Below, piece after piece: positions 20,099 through 29,980 of a DNA stretch of 64,000 bases. A program made the translations under genes and the position numbers. The stretch spans positions 84,644 through 148,643 of the forward strand of contig JBBADJ010000004.1 of NCBI GenBank assembly GCA_041656495.1, read 5' to 3'. The first letter of the stretch is position 1. Each line of letters begins with the position of its first letter. Below the pieces are notes generated by a model, which saw only the letters and a program-made list of their open reading frames with translations, was not told the origin of the DNA and did no database searches. The stretch comes from Candidatus Ratteibacteria bacterium (GTDB taxonomy: Bacteria > Ratteibacteria > UBA8468 > B48-G9 > DTJG01).

Positions 20099-21850
20099 TT
20101 AGCGGAAAACCCGTAAAAACCCCTGTACTTCCGGCACATCTTCCCGTGAAACAACAGGTCCGTCTGGTCCATCGTTCCATACTGTTAAGGGCGATGGTCC
20201 GTCGGCAACACCGGTAATCTCGCAGGTAAGACGAGAGTTTTCCAAATTCGCAAATGAAAGTTGGGTATCAAAAAGACGCTTGCAGATCATACTGATAAAT
20301 TCCCGGGAAGTAGGTATCGTTTCATACTCAGTGATTCCTTCTACAATACCTGAGACCACTTTTTCCCATTCCTGAAGCGCAATAACGTCAATCCGCTCTT
20401 CATGGGTCATAATCATTCCGAACGCAAGACTGTCAAATCCAATGCTTGCGGCAGTAATTCCTCGTTTCACTGCCTTTTCCATTTGTAATGAAGGCGCTTC
20501 TCCAAGGAAAGGAACATGATCCCTAAGGATTTCTGATTTAATGGACACTCTATCGCCCAGTTGATCACCAGAAGCGGAAATCATTGTAAAAGCAGGATGA
20601 TGCGGTATTCTGTCTAAAGCAAAACCATGGCGGCCAAGGGTACTTCTTTGCTGATAAGGCAAGGGACGCCATACTTTTTGATTTCCATATAACTGGCCGG
20701 GAAGACTATTATTACATAAAAAGGTTACATTGCGTTCTAAAAAATAAGGAAGAGAAGAAAGTCCTATTTCGCCATAGTGAGCATTGATAATACGGCTATG
20801 CCTAATTTTTGCGCGTGAAAAGGCTTCGTCTATCCGTTTAAAGTTATTCTGAACTGTCTTGTCATCAAGATCCCGACCAGTCTCATGGTCAAGGCCAATA
20901 CCTTCAAAACAGGTAACCTTGCCTCCCTCGGAAAGATCGGGTTTGTCAGCAAGCGTTCCAAATGGTTTCCAATCAGAATATGCTTTGTAAAAATCATCGC
21001 GAAACGCATGCGCAGAGAAATCCGCGCCGGCCTTCTGAAAAAGCCGCGAAGCTCCTTGCCAATCAGTAGGACCCAACTCATCTATAAAAAGTCCTAAATT
21101 AGGGGAAATCCCATGCTTGTTAAATATATCCACATATTGAAATGCGGTATGGGTGCCGTGGCAATCATCTATACGAGCGGAAAGATAGGGAGGAATAGAT
21201 CGTAAAGGAAAGGGTTTACGCGCAACTTGAACCAACCCACGCCAAAAAAGTCCGTCAAGCCCGCGAAGATGGCCAAAAACCTCTTCCTGATAGAGTGCGT
21301 TTCCTATACCGAAAAAAAGAGTCCGCATCTTCTCTTCTTCCCGCAAAAGAATAATCGGAACTTCTTCTGTATCTGTCGCAATAACAGAAGAATGGGCATC
21401 CTTCTTAAAACGGAGAGAAACGGTTTCTTCAAGGAATAGTATCTCTTCTCCTGATCTATGACCCACAGCAAGAGAATGACAGGGATCTGGAAACGAAAGC
21501 CCGCATATACTTCCTCTATCTTCTATGGTAGGAGCGAGATCTTTTAGGGGTTCGGGCCAAGCAAAAATTTCACGGTCAAATGAGATCAAGCCAACTCCTG
21601 CTGTAACCGCCTCTTTTATCTCTGTTGCCCTTTCTTTTGAAAGAGCCGCTCCAGCGCCGTCATGACCTATAATAATAAGAGCGCGATCAAAATATCCTTC
21701 AGGAACTTCCCACCTATTCGCAGAATCAAATACCTCCCAAGCTGCGCCAAAATGGTCAAGTGCGGCACATACTGTTACATCAACAGTTTTACGAGATGCA
21801 ACTCTGGCGCTATCAATTACTACAAGAACGCTCCGATTCCCTGCAGACAT
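20099..21850 (-). CDS. hypothetical protein (583 aa)
   Basis: Long ORF with a good ATG context. No family recognised by eye. Confidence 0.4.
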   Translation of the reverse strand: MSAGNRSVLVVIDSARVASRKTVDVTVCAALDHFGAAWEVFDSANRWEVPEGYFDRALIIIGHDGAGAALSKERATEIKEAVTAGVGLISFDREIFAWPEPLKDLAPTIEDRGSICGLSFPDPCHSLAVGHRSGEEILFLEETVSLRFKKDAHSSVIATDTEEVPIILLREEEKMRTLFFGIGNALYQEEVFGHLRGLDGLFWRGLVQVARKPFPLRSIPPYLSARIDDCHGTHTAFQYVDIFNKHGISPNLGLFIDELGPTDWQGASRLFQKAGADFSAHAFRDDFYKAYSDWKPFGTLADKPDLSEGGKVTCFEGIGLDHETGRDLDDKTVQNNFKRIDEAFSRAKIRHSRIINAHYGEIGLSSLPYFLERNVTFLCNNSLPGQLYGNQKVWRPLPYQQRSTLGRHGFALDRIPHHPAFTMISASGDQLGDRVSIKSEILRDHVPFLGEAPSLQMEKAVKRGITAASIGFDSLAFGMIMTHEERIDVIALQEWEKVVSGIVEGITEYETIPTSREFISMICKRLFDTQLSFANLENSRLTCEITGVADGPSPLTVWNDGPDGPVVSREDVPEVQGFLRVFR

Positions 21851-22039
21851 AAGCCGCTCCTTTCAATGAGAAAATTATCTGCGTTGCCTTATATTTTGTC
21901 TCATTCCCCCTTCTCACATAAAAAATAGGTTACCACGCGTATCAGGGATTAACGAAAGGCGGTATCTAAAAAGGTTTTATTCAATAATAATAAAAGTATA
22001 ATGGATCCTCACAAAAAACAAGATTGGCCTTATACTTTT

Positions 22040-22900
22040 TCAGCGACCATCCCATCCAGCAAGGCGTGCCAACATCCACCAGAACGCCCGTCCCTTCAAT
22101 GCGCCATTCAATGGTCTGGTATGAGCCGCGGAAGGAGGAAGAGCAATACGATGATTAGGGTTTCTTCTCATCCATTCATCTGCCCAATTTTTTACAACTC
22201 CCGCTTCCTTGTAATCACAGGTATCCCGCGCATAGAGTTCCATATAATTTATTCTGGCGTCAGGATCGTAACTTTCAATATCTGCAAAATCAAAAAGAAC
22301 CTTGCTGTTATTTTTGCAAAAGATACGGATCTGTTCGTTACGCCGGTTAAGGTTTCCTTCTTTTCCTGAACCATCAAGGTGTCCTGTCATATACACAAAG
22401 GTTACTTTAGGAAATTCCCGTTCAAGCTGGTGCATTAGTTCAAGATAGGTTCTGATATTCTCTTCAGAAGCATTGCTTACCTGGCCGCACCACGACCAAA
22501 TCATAAGAGTTCTGTCTCTTCCCGGTCCATTAAGAAAATCTCGTGTCTTACGAGCCCACTCGGTTCTATTAGGATTACCGAGATCTCCGCTCGGCGTAGT
22601 ATCAAAAAGGGATAAGCTTCCCTCTTTCTTCTGATTAAAGCCAAAACAGGCTGGATCTTCCTTCATAAGAGCGCGCATCCCCGCCACAATCTGACTTCCA
22701 TGCGAAGTATGTCCATACGCAACCCGAAAGAGCTCTTTTGCTTTTGAAAAATATTCTACTGGAATTTTTTCAATATCTGTACAAGTATGATCAATAATAA
22801 GCGCCTTCCCCACAGCCGCAACCGATACCGGTACACTCCACCACAACAGGGAAATTCCTCCCATTACCAACAAAGAGCGCTTCACCCAGCCTTTTTTCAT
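22040..22900 (-). CDS. secreted hypothetical protein (286 aa)
   Basis: N-terminal signal peptide. AGGAGA ribosome-binding site. No family recognised. Confidence 0.4.
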   Translation of the reverse strand: MKKGWVKRSLLVMGGISLLWWSVPVSVAAVGKALIIDHTCTDIEKIPVEYFSKAKELFRVAYGHTSHGSQIVAGMRALMKEDPACFGFNQKKEGSLSLFDTTPSGDLGNPNRTEWARKTRDFLNGPGRDRTLMIWSWCGQVSNASEENIRTYLELMHQLEREFPKVTFVYMTGHLDGSGKEGNLNRRNEQIRIFCKNNSKVLFDFADIESYDPDARINYMELYARDTCDYKEAGVVKNWADEWMRRNPNHRIALPPSAAHTRPLNGALKGRAFWWMLARLAGWDGR

Positions 22901-23080
22901 AATCTTCTCCTATGATAAAGAGAGGTTCAATCATTGCGCCTGTCAGAATTTCATCATAAAAAGTATGCACTTCACAGGCTGTTATGTCAATATGATTCTC
23001 TCTTGTATAGTAAGTAAAAGATAGTCTGGTATTTTTTTTAGAAGTTCTGTACAATAATAAAAAACAAAGGAGTGAAAAAA

Positions 23081-23863
23081 ATGGAATTTAAAGGATTTTT
23101 AAAAGCTCTAAAAGAAAAGGCGCAGTTGGGGTTCTGTTCAATGTATCCTGCGCCAGGCATTATTGAACGTATCGGACAAGACTGGGACTGGTGCTGGATA
23201 GACAGTCAGCATGGACAATGGAAGATAGTAGAAGTTATGGATGCGGTGCGTGTATGCGACCTTATAGGAATATTTTCAATGGTTAGGGTTCCAGGATATG
23301 AATCAGGAACCATTGGCAAGATTCTTGATACAGGATGTCATGCAATCATGGTTCCAATGATTGATACGCAAAAACTTGCGAAGGAAGCAGTAAAAGCAAC
23401 AAAATTTCCGCCTCTCGGGAAACGTTCGTATGGAGGCCGACGACCTATAGATCTGTATGGACGGGCATATTCACACCTTGATAGACCGCAACCTCTGCTT
23501 GTCTGCCAAATTGAAAGCGAAGAAGCCCTTCAAAACATTGAACAGATTGCGCAAGTAGAGGGAGTAGATGCACTTTTTTTCGGACCTGACGACCTAGCAC
23601 AACATAGAAAAATTCCCATGGATTCAGAAAGACCCGCTAGGCTTTTTTATCCTGAAATAGATAAAGTGGCGGAAACTGCAAAGAAAACCGGAAAAATCGC
23701 CGCAGGAGTCTTTACCACTTCCGATGATCTACTCTATGCGCTCAATAGAGGATTTCGGCTTATTGCCTGTTCCGGAGATGTGCCACTGCTTGCCGCAGGA
23801 TCACGAACCGCCGCGCGTAACGCTAGAGAAATTTTTGCCACGCACCTCAAAGAAAGAACCTAA
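23081..23863 (+). CDS. HpcH/HpaI aldolase family protein (2-keto-3-deoxy sugar-acid aldolase-like)
   Basis: About 260 aa with the pattern of the HpcH/HpaI/citrate-lyase beta family. The ATG at 23081 lies within a track ORF that starts from a GTG at 23072. Confidence 0.6.
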   Translation: MEFKGFLKALKEKAQLGFCSMYPAPGIIERIGQDWDWCWIDSQHGQWKIVEVMDAVRVCDLIGIFSMVRVPGYESGTIGKILDTGCHAIMVPMIDTQKLAKEAVKATKFPPLGKRSYGGRRPIDLYGRAYSHLDRPQPLLVCQIESEEALQNIEQIAQVEGVDALFFGPDDLAQHRKIPMDSERPARLFYPEIDKVAETAKKTGKIAAGVFTTSDDLLYALNRGFRLIACSGDVPLLAAGSRTAARNAREIFATHLKERT

Positions 23864-23925
23864 AAAAAGAGCGCTTTTACAGATAATAGATCACAATATG
23901 CCGGCTCTCTTTCTCTATCAACTAA

Positions 23926-26082
23926 TTATTTCGGCAGTTCTATTGGACGGCCCTGTTCGTCTGCATCCATTACCGTAGGAACCTTGACGTTCGGATCCAA
24001 GGAAGTTGATTTTTCTCCAGCAGAAGGAGACTTATCAAGGCCCAAAGATTTCCTCATCTCTTCAAAACTATTCTCACGGCCTGTAAGGCTATACTGTTGG
24101 GCTTGTTCTACTCTCTCTTTCGCGGGACGATATCCTCTTCCGCGAATTGCCGTCCATCCGGCATAATCCCCACTGCCCCACATTAGATAAGGACCGTGAA
24201 CAACGCCATTGTGATGTAAAGCAATATCTCGCAAGACAATATAGTTCAATTCCAAAAGTTGTTGACTGAGATCCTTATCAAAAGCAGGATCTTTGGCAAG
24301 AGCCTGCTGTACCATACGGTCAATGGCATACTGAAGATCAGTAAAATTTAAGCCCAGCCGAAGAAATGCAATACGGGCTAAAATTTTTGTATCGGATCCA
24401 ACTGCTTTCTCTGCCTCGTTTAAAGATTTTCTAAGGGAAGTAAAAAGGTCCGGAGTAAAAAGATTCTTGGGGTCAGAAGTTGCCTTCTGCAATAGAAGAA
24501 AATATTGTTTAACCTGTTCCGCGCCTTTTCCAAATCCAGGAGAACAATATTCATCAAGAATCTGCGATTCTGTAAGAGAAGGATTCCAGTTAAGACGAGC
24601 CGCCGCATAATAGTTCAATCCGTGAACAGCCCAGTTATCAAGAATAGAATCAAAATCCGTGGCGAGTATTCCCTTCTCCGCCATATAACTCATAATATCT
24701 GTAAGTCGCCCCAAAAGAACATTCGCCTTGCCATCTCGTCTTCCGGCAAGAAGAATATTAGGTCTCCAGTAAATATATTTACATCCTGCTTTTTGCCATC
24801 CCTCTAATCCTTCCTTTTCTTCGGGAACGTACCGTATCACTAAATTGGGATGGAGCTTTTCACGAACAGGCGGGTTTCCCCAAGCACTATACGCTTCTCC
24901 AAGTAAGAGAAGGTCGGGATGTACCTTTACAACACGCTGGGCAATCTGATTCCAATACCATACCATACGATCAGTAAGAGAAACATACTCCATTTGATGA
25001 CGCTGAGGTTGTCCAACCTTCTCAAAGATGGTAAGTTGTATCTTCGGACCATCCGCTGGATCAAGTTTTTTACAATTATCGCACAAACAAAAATTGGAAT
25101 ATCCGCCATCGTTGGGACAGAGCGAAATAGATTTTAGGTTTGGGTTGGCATTCATCCTTTCAATAATAGTCTTAGCAACATAATCAATGAGTTCAAGATT
25201 TGATTTGCAAAGCCGCCATCGTTCTCCTGCTTTGCTTTGGTCCCGCGTACCATCGGGCTGAAGCGCAAACCATTCCGGATGTTGCGCACCATGTTCTTTC
25301 CAGCCTCCGGGAAGCCCTCCGCCAGCATGCCCTCCGGCAATACCAAGCCTTCCGCCTAACCGATGCCACACGCTCCAACCAATCCCCATATCCGTGGCAT
25401 AACTCTTTTGCTGTGCGTTCGTCCATTCCTCTTCTGTAATCTGAAGGCGGGAAAGTCCCGTTTGCGAACGGTCTGTGATCCGAGTAGACCAACGAACAGT
25501 TCTCTGGCCAATCTGCGGCGTAAATGAATAATCAAGGGAAGCAACAGAAACTGTTGGTAGAACAGGAATTACTCTTCCTATCTCTCCGGGCCAAAGGTAT
25601 CGTACACCAAGCGAAGAAAGAAATTCAATGACCGCATACCGCGTACCGGCATTGTCTGTTGCGGCAGTTGACCCTAAAAGTACAAGACTGTTTTCACCGC
25701 TCTTTAAGCGAATCCCTCCAGGACCAAGACCTTCCACACTAACTCCGAGCGCCTTTGTAACCGCGCTCTCTCCCACCAATATAAAGCTACTGATTCCCTC
25801 AGGAACTTTTGCGGAATCAAAGGAAAGAACTCCTTTTTCAATCGTAAAGGCGCCAAGATCGTTTTCTCTCTTTATATCAAGACGACCGCCTGAAATTAAA
25901 AAAAGATGGTCGGAAAGCGTTTTTGCCGCTTGAGCTTCCAAAGAACGGAGCCCAGCCTTTTCTGAAAGAACAATCAAAGATTTAGCACGCCCCTTTTCAA
26001 TGAGCGTTACTCCCTCGGTCGCAAAAGATATAAAAAAAGAAAGTAATACCGCCACCACTGCTATCATAGAACCTTTTCTCAT
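23926..26082 (-). CDS. DUF4838-like secreted protein (putative glycoside-hydrolase-associated)
   Basis: Signal peptide after the internal ATG that follows a GAGGAGG ribosome-binding site. Size and sequence character of DUF4838 proteins. The family call is tentative. Confidence 0.35.
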   Translation of the reverse strand: MRKGSMIAVVAVLLSFFISFATEGVTLIEKGRAKSLIVLSEKAGLRSLEAQAAKTLSDHLFLISGGRLDIKRENDLGAFTIEKGVLSFDSAKVPEGISSFILVGESAVTKALGVSVEGLGPGGIRLKSGENSLVLLGSTAATDNAGTRYAVIEFLSSLGVRYLWPGEIGRVIPVLPTVSVASLDYSFTPQIGQRTVRWSTRITDRSQTGLSRLQITEEEWTNAQQKSYATDMGIGWSVWHRLGGRLGIAGGHAGGGLPGGWKEHGAQHPEWFALQPDGTRDQSKAGERWRLCKSNLELIDYVAKTIIERMNANPNLKSISLCPNDGGYSNFCLCDNCKKLDPADGPKIQLTIFEKVGQPQRHQMEYVSLTDRMVWYWNQIAQRVVKVHPDLLLLGEAYSAWGNPPVREKLHPNLVIRYVPEEKEGLEGWQKAGCKYIYWRPNILLAGRRDGKANVLLGRLTDIMSYMAEKGILATDFDSILDNWAVHGLNYYAAARLNWNPSLTESQILDEYCSPGFGKGAEQVKQYFLLLQKATSDPKNLFTPDLFTSLRKSLNEAEKAVGSDTKILARIAFLRLGLNFTDLQYAIDRMVQQALAKDPAFDKDLSQQLLELNYIVLRDIALHHNGVVHGPYLMWGSGDYAGWTAIRGRGYRPAKERVEQAQQYSLTGRENSFEEMRKSLGLDKSPSAGEKSTSLDPNVKVPTVMDADEQGRPIELPK

Positions 26083-26186
26083 ACTATACCTCCTCGTAGC
26101 TGTAATAAAAATATCTTTACCGCTTGCTTCCCAAAAGGTCATACGAAAAAAGATATCTTAAAAGATCACAGTAGCGCAAAGTTAAT

Positions 26187-27290
26187 TTATGAATACAGTT
26201 CTTTTTCAGCAAAACGAAAAAGAAAATTCCATCCTTCTTCAAGAGAATCTATTTCAAGGTATTCATCCTCGCGATGTGTATTTCCTCCGCGAGTAATCCC
26301 AGAACAGATCGCGGGCCATCCTTTTGCCAAAGGTATATTAATGTTCGTACTCCTGCAGGCAGAAAGAGGAGAAATGCCATCTATTGTCCAGAGATCCACT
26401 ATGCTCTTCTCATACCAAGAGGTTTTTTTATCCGAAAAAGCAGCTGGACGTTCTCCCAAAAGTTTTAAAGTAATAGTACATTCACTACTCTTTTTTTGTA
26501 TGGAAAGCTCTTTCAAAAGGGTTTTTGCCGCGGAAAGCATCTCTGGATCTGGAGAACGAAACTCAAAGACCGATTCAGCGTGTCTCGCAATACAATTAAC
26601 TCCTTCACCTCCAGAGATAGTCCCTATATTAAAAGAAAACTTTTCTTTGGATTGTTGCGAGAGCACACAATACCTCTCTTTGAGACGGAAAAGATAGTCT
26701 ACCAAAGATTCTATCGCATTTGGCTTTCCAAAACCGCCCCAGGAATGTCCGCCTTCTCCGGAAAAGACGACCTGATACCGAATTGAACCAAGCCCTGAAA
26801 CAGAGTAAAAGTTCGGAGAAAGGTCCAGAGCTAAAAAAAGATGCGGAGGCGTTGAGTGAGAATCCACAATAGCACGTACTCCCTTCAAATTTCCAAGCCC
26901 TTCCTCTCCTACAGAAAAAAGGAAAAGAGCCGGTCTTACAGGAGGATTCTTTGATAGATAAACCGCAAACATAGCCAACAACGCAACCGTACCAAGGTTA
27001 TCGTAAACTCCAGCGCCCACCAATCTTCCATCGATTCTTTCCACTTTATCCGCTACTCCCTTTCCCACTACATCCACATGAGCGTCCAATACAATGGTAT
27101 CTTCCCAGGAACCTTCGCCAATCAAAACAAGAAGATTTCCGGCAGAATCAACCTGAAAAGGAATAGAACGAGAAGAAAAAAATTCCGCAAGAAAGGATAT
27201 ACGAGGCTCTTCCTTTAATGACGGACCCGGAACAGTAGCGAGGTCTTTAATAAGGTCCAATGCCGCAGAAAGATCTAATTTCTGTTTCAC
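26187..27290 (-). CDS. M20-family metallopeptidase (ArgE/DapE/peptidase T-like)
   Basis: Metal-binding patterns LDAHVDVV and GAGVYDNLG. About 367 aa. Confidence 0.6.
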   Translation of the reverse strand: MKQKLDLSAALDLIKDLATVPGPSLKEEPRISFLAEFFSSRSIPFQVDSAGNLLVLIGEGSWEDTIVLDAHVDVVGKGVADKVERIDGRLVGAGVYDNLGTVALLAMFAVYLSKNPPVRPALFLFSVGEEGLGNLKGVRAIVDSHSTPPHLFLALDLSPNFYSVSGLGSIRYQVVFSGEGGHSWGGFGKPNAIESLVDYLFRLKERYCVLSQQSKEKFSFNIGTISGGEGVNCIARHAESVFEFRSPDPEMLSAAKTLLKELSIQKKSSECTITLKLLGERPAAFSDKKTSWYEKSIVDLWTIDGISPLSACRSTNINIPLAKGWPAICSGITRGGNTHREDEYLEIDSLEEGWNFLFRFAEKELYS

Positions 27291-28396
27291 AACTCCTCCT
27301 GATACACAGTATATTCTGCTAAACGGGTTCTATCAACATCTATCCCAAGTCCAGGACTCCAAGGAACACGCAATTCACATCTGTTGCGCATTACAAACGG
27401 CGTAGTAAGAAGATCATCTTCTACATAGGCCATTTCCGCGCCCGCATCAGTTGGAAAAAGAACATTCGGTAAAGAGGCTGCCGCAAGCCGAGCCGCGGTC
27501 GCCACGCCTGTGCCGAGCCTACTTCCAATCCAGACCGGAACCTTATTTTTTGCGCAAAGATTATGAATGCGCTGACTCTCCGCAAGGCCTCCCACGCGGC
27601 ACACCTTAATATTCACAATATCTGCGGCTTTCATACGCATCGCGCACAACGCAAGATGTCTTGTTTCAATACTCTCATCCAAACAGATCGGAGTATCCAT
27701 GATTTCACAAAGACGAGAGTGAAAATAAAGGTCGTGTTCATCAAAAGGTTGTTCAATCATCAACAAATTGTATTGATCCCACTCCGAAATATAATTCAAG
27801 TCATCGGGAAAATAAGCGCTGTTCGCATCCACCATCAAAGAAATGGAAGGGAATTCCTTTCTTACGGCCTCTATGTAAAGATTATCTTTGCCCGGAGCAA
27901 CCTTAATCTTAATCCGCTTAAAACCCTGATCAAGTTCACTCTTAACTTTCTCTACCAACTCTTCCGGCGATAGAGAAATTCCGATACTTGGACCAAACTC
28001 CACCCAATCCCGTGTACCGCCGAGCATTCTTGCCACGCTCTTTCCTTCCTGTTTTCCCACAATATCCCAACATACAGATTCAAGAGCGGCCATTGCAAAA
28101 CGATGTCCCCGATACTTCATAAATGCCTCTATTACTTCAGAAACATTATTCCAACTACGGCTTTGAAGCAAGGGAGATAATACATTTTTCACAACATCCA
28201 ATACACTTCCCACTGTTTCAGTAGCGTAAAAAGGAATTCCATCTACAGCGGCTTCTCCCCAACCCACAATATCTCCAGCTCTTCCTTCAAAAATAATACC
28301 GTCTTTTATCCGTATTTCTCCCACGCTGATCTTAAAACTTTTCTTCAGAGGAATTTTAATCACATGCGCGGTAAGGGAATCTATTTTGAATGCCAT
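27287..28396 (-). CDS. enolase-superfamily enzyme, mandelate racemase/muconate lactonizing family (dipeptide-epimerase-like)
   Basis: Pattern of the MR/MLE N-terminal capping domain plus a TIM barrel. Overlaps the M20 peptidase start by 4 nt. Confidence 0.65.
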   Translation of the reverse strand: MAFKIDSLTAHVIKIPLKKSFKISVGEIRIKDGIIFEGRAGDIVGWGEAAVDGIPFYATETVGSVLDVVKNVLSPLLQSRSWNNVSEVIEAFMKYRGHRFAMAALESVCWDIVGKQEGKSVARMLGGTRDWVEFGPSIGISLSPEELVEKVKSELDQGFKRIKIKVAPGKDNLYIEAVRKEFPSISLMVDANSAYFPDDLNYISEWDQYNLLMIEQPFDEHDLYFHSRLCEIMDTPICLDESIETRHLALCAMRMKAADIVNIKVCRVGGLAESQRIHNLCAKNKVPVWIGSRLGTGVATAARLAAASLPNVLFPTDAGAEMAYVEDDLLTTPFVMRNRCELRVPWSPGLGIDVDRTRLAEYTVYQEEL

Positions 28397-28585
28397 AGAT
28401 TATTTCTCCTTCTCGTATAAAAACATTTCTCCACAAACCATTACTATTATAAAGCTCTCTAAAGTTCTCAAAAACGAACCTTTCAATCCTTTCTGATTGT
28501 ACCATACTTCCGCACCAAAGATTCCAAAAAACCTTTTCTCCTCTCAAAAAAGGAATCCTTCTATAGAAACAGCCCTGAAGTCGTA

Positions 28586-29803
28586 TTAATCAATAGAAAG
28601 ATCTGGTTCCCGACGAATCCATTTTCCATTGGTAAAATCAGGAAAAGCCACAGGTGCGCTTCCAAGAGCAATAGATTGTTCGGAGAGGATGGTTACCGCC
28701 ATCCATGCCGCAATATCATAGACATCAATGGGAGGCTCTTCCTTCTTCTCCGCGGCATTCAGGAAAGCACGCAACACAAGGGTATCACTGCCTCCATGAC
28801 CACCAACAGGATTATTGCGAAAATCTCTCCAGGTCGGATGTTCATATTCTTCATAAAAATCGTCAATAGAACTCCATTTATGGACAAAATAGGGATTCCC
28901 CGCAATGTCAATGTTCTGAAAATGAGGACTGATCCCTTCAATATACATGCTCTTCGCCTCTTCAATCCAAATGCCCCGAGTTCCTTGTACCCTGCGAGAG
29001 AGAGAATGAGGCCGTGGAAGTGAAATACTATGTGTTACCACAATGGTTTCTCCATTGGCACATTTAATAACAGTGGTAATAATATCTCCTTCGTTGAATA
29101 TACGGGAATCTCCCCGTTTTTGCGCCGCCTCCGCAAACCCACGCGCCTTAGAAGCAGTGGAGGTAAGTGTTAAAAATCTGTTCCCGCGATTAATCTGCAA
29201 GATCTTTGCGATCGGACCCAATCCATGGGTAGGATAGAGATCTCCATTTCTGCAAACATTATGAAAAACTCTCTCAATTCCACGATCAAATTCTCCCACA
29301 AGCCGATCCGCTATATAATGTTCATATCCGCACTGACAATGAATCAGCTCTCCAAAAAGACCTAAACGCACCATGCGCGTTACCATCATTATATTTCGAC
29401 CAAAACAACTGTTTTCCAGCATCATACAGGGAGTTTTTGTTGATTCCCATGCATATACCAATCGCCATAATTCTTCAAGAGAAGGAGCGCCGCCTACTTC
29501 AATGCCAACAAATTTTCCCGCGCACATCGCATCGTACGCAATGGGAAGATGGGTATTCCAGGAGGTAGTCACAATAACCACATCAACCTCTTTTGAAGAT
29601 AAAAGTTTGCGATAATCCTGATATACCGCAGGTTTTGGCTTGTTTTTGGAGTCAAGTAAAGAAAGAATCTTATCGCACTTTTCTGTAGAAAGATCGCAAA
29701 TGGCGGTTACCTCGGACTGCATCAAAAAAAGCGTTGCAAGCAATGTCTCTGCGCGAGGACCAAGTCCAATCATACCAATTCTTACTATTCCAGAATTATT
29801 CAT
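28586..29803 (-). CDS. Gfo/Idh/MocA family NAD-dependent oxidoreductase (GH109-like size)
   Basis: N-terminal Rossmann motif IGMIGLGPRA. 405 aa. AGGAGG ribosome-binding site. Confidence 0.65.
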   Translation of the reverse strand: MNNSGIVRIGMIGLGPRAETLLATLFLMQSEVTAICDLSTEKCDKILSLLDSKNKPKPAVYQDYRKLLSSKEVDVVIVTTSWNTHLPIAYDAMCAGKFVGIEVGGAPSLEELWRLVYAWESTKTPCMMLENSCFGRNIMMVTRMVRLGLFGELIHCQCGYEHYIADRLVGEFDRGIERVFHNVCRNGDLYPTHGLGPIAKILQINRGNRFLTLTSTASKARGFAEAAQKRGDSRIFNEGDIITTVIKCANGETIVVTHSISLPRPHSLSRRVQGTRGIWIEEAKSMYIEGISPHFQNIDIAGNPYFVHKWSSIDDFYEEYEHPTWRDFRNNPVGGHGGSDTLVLRAFLNAAEKKEEPPIDVYDIAAWMAVTILSEQSIALGSAPVAFPDFTNGKWIRREPDLSID

Positions 29804-29980
29804 TCCCCTGCCTCCTTTTTTTTGTAAAGAATATTATTCTATTATCTTTCATCTAAAAAAAATAACAAGTGGAAAAGAAAAAAGTGAAAATCTGCCACAG
29901 AACCTTTTCTATATGCGAAAGGCTCGTACCTTTTCAAGAAGATTACAGATATATCTTATTACTTAAGAAGTGAGGAAAGA

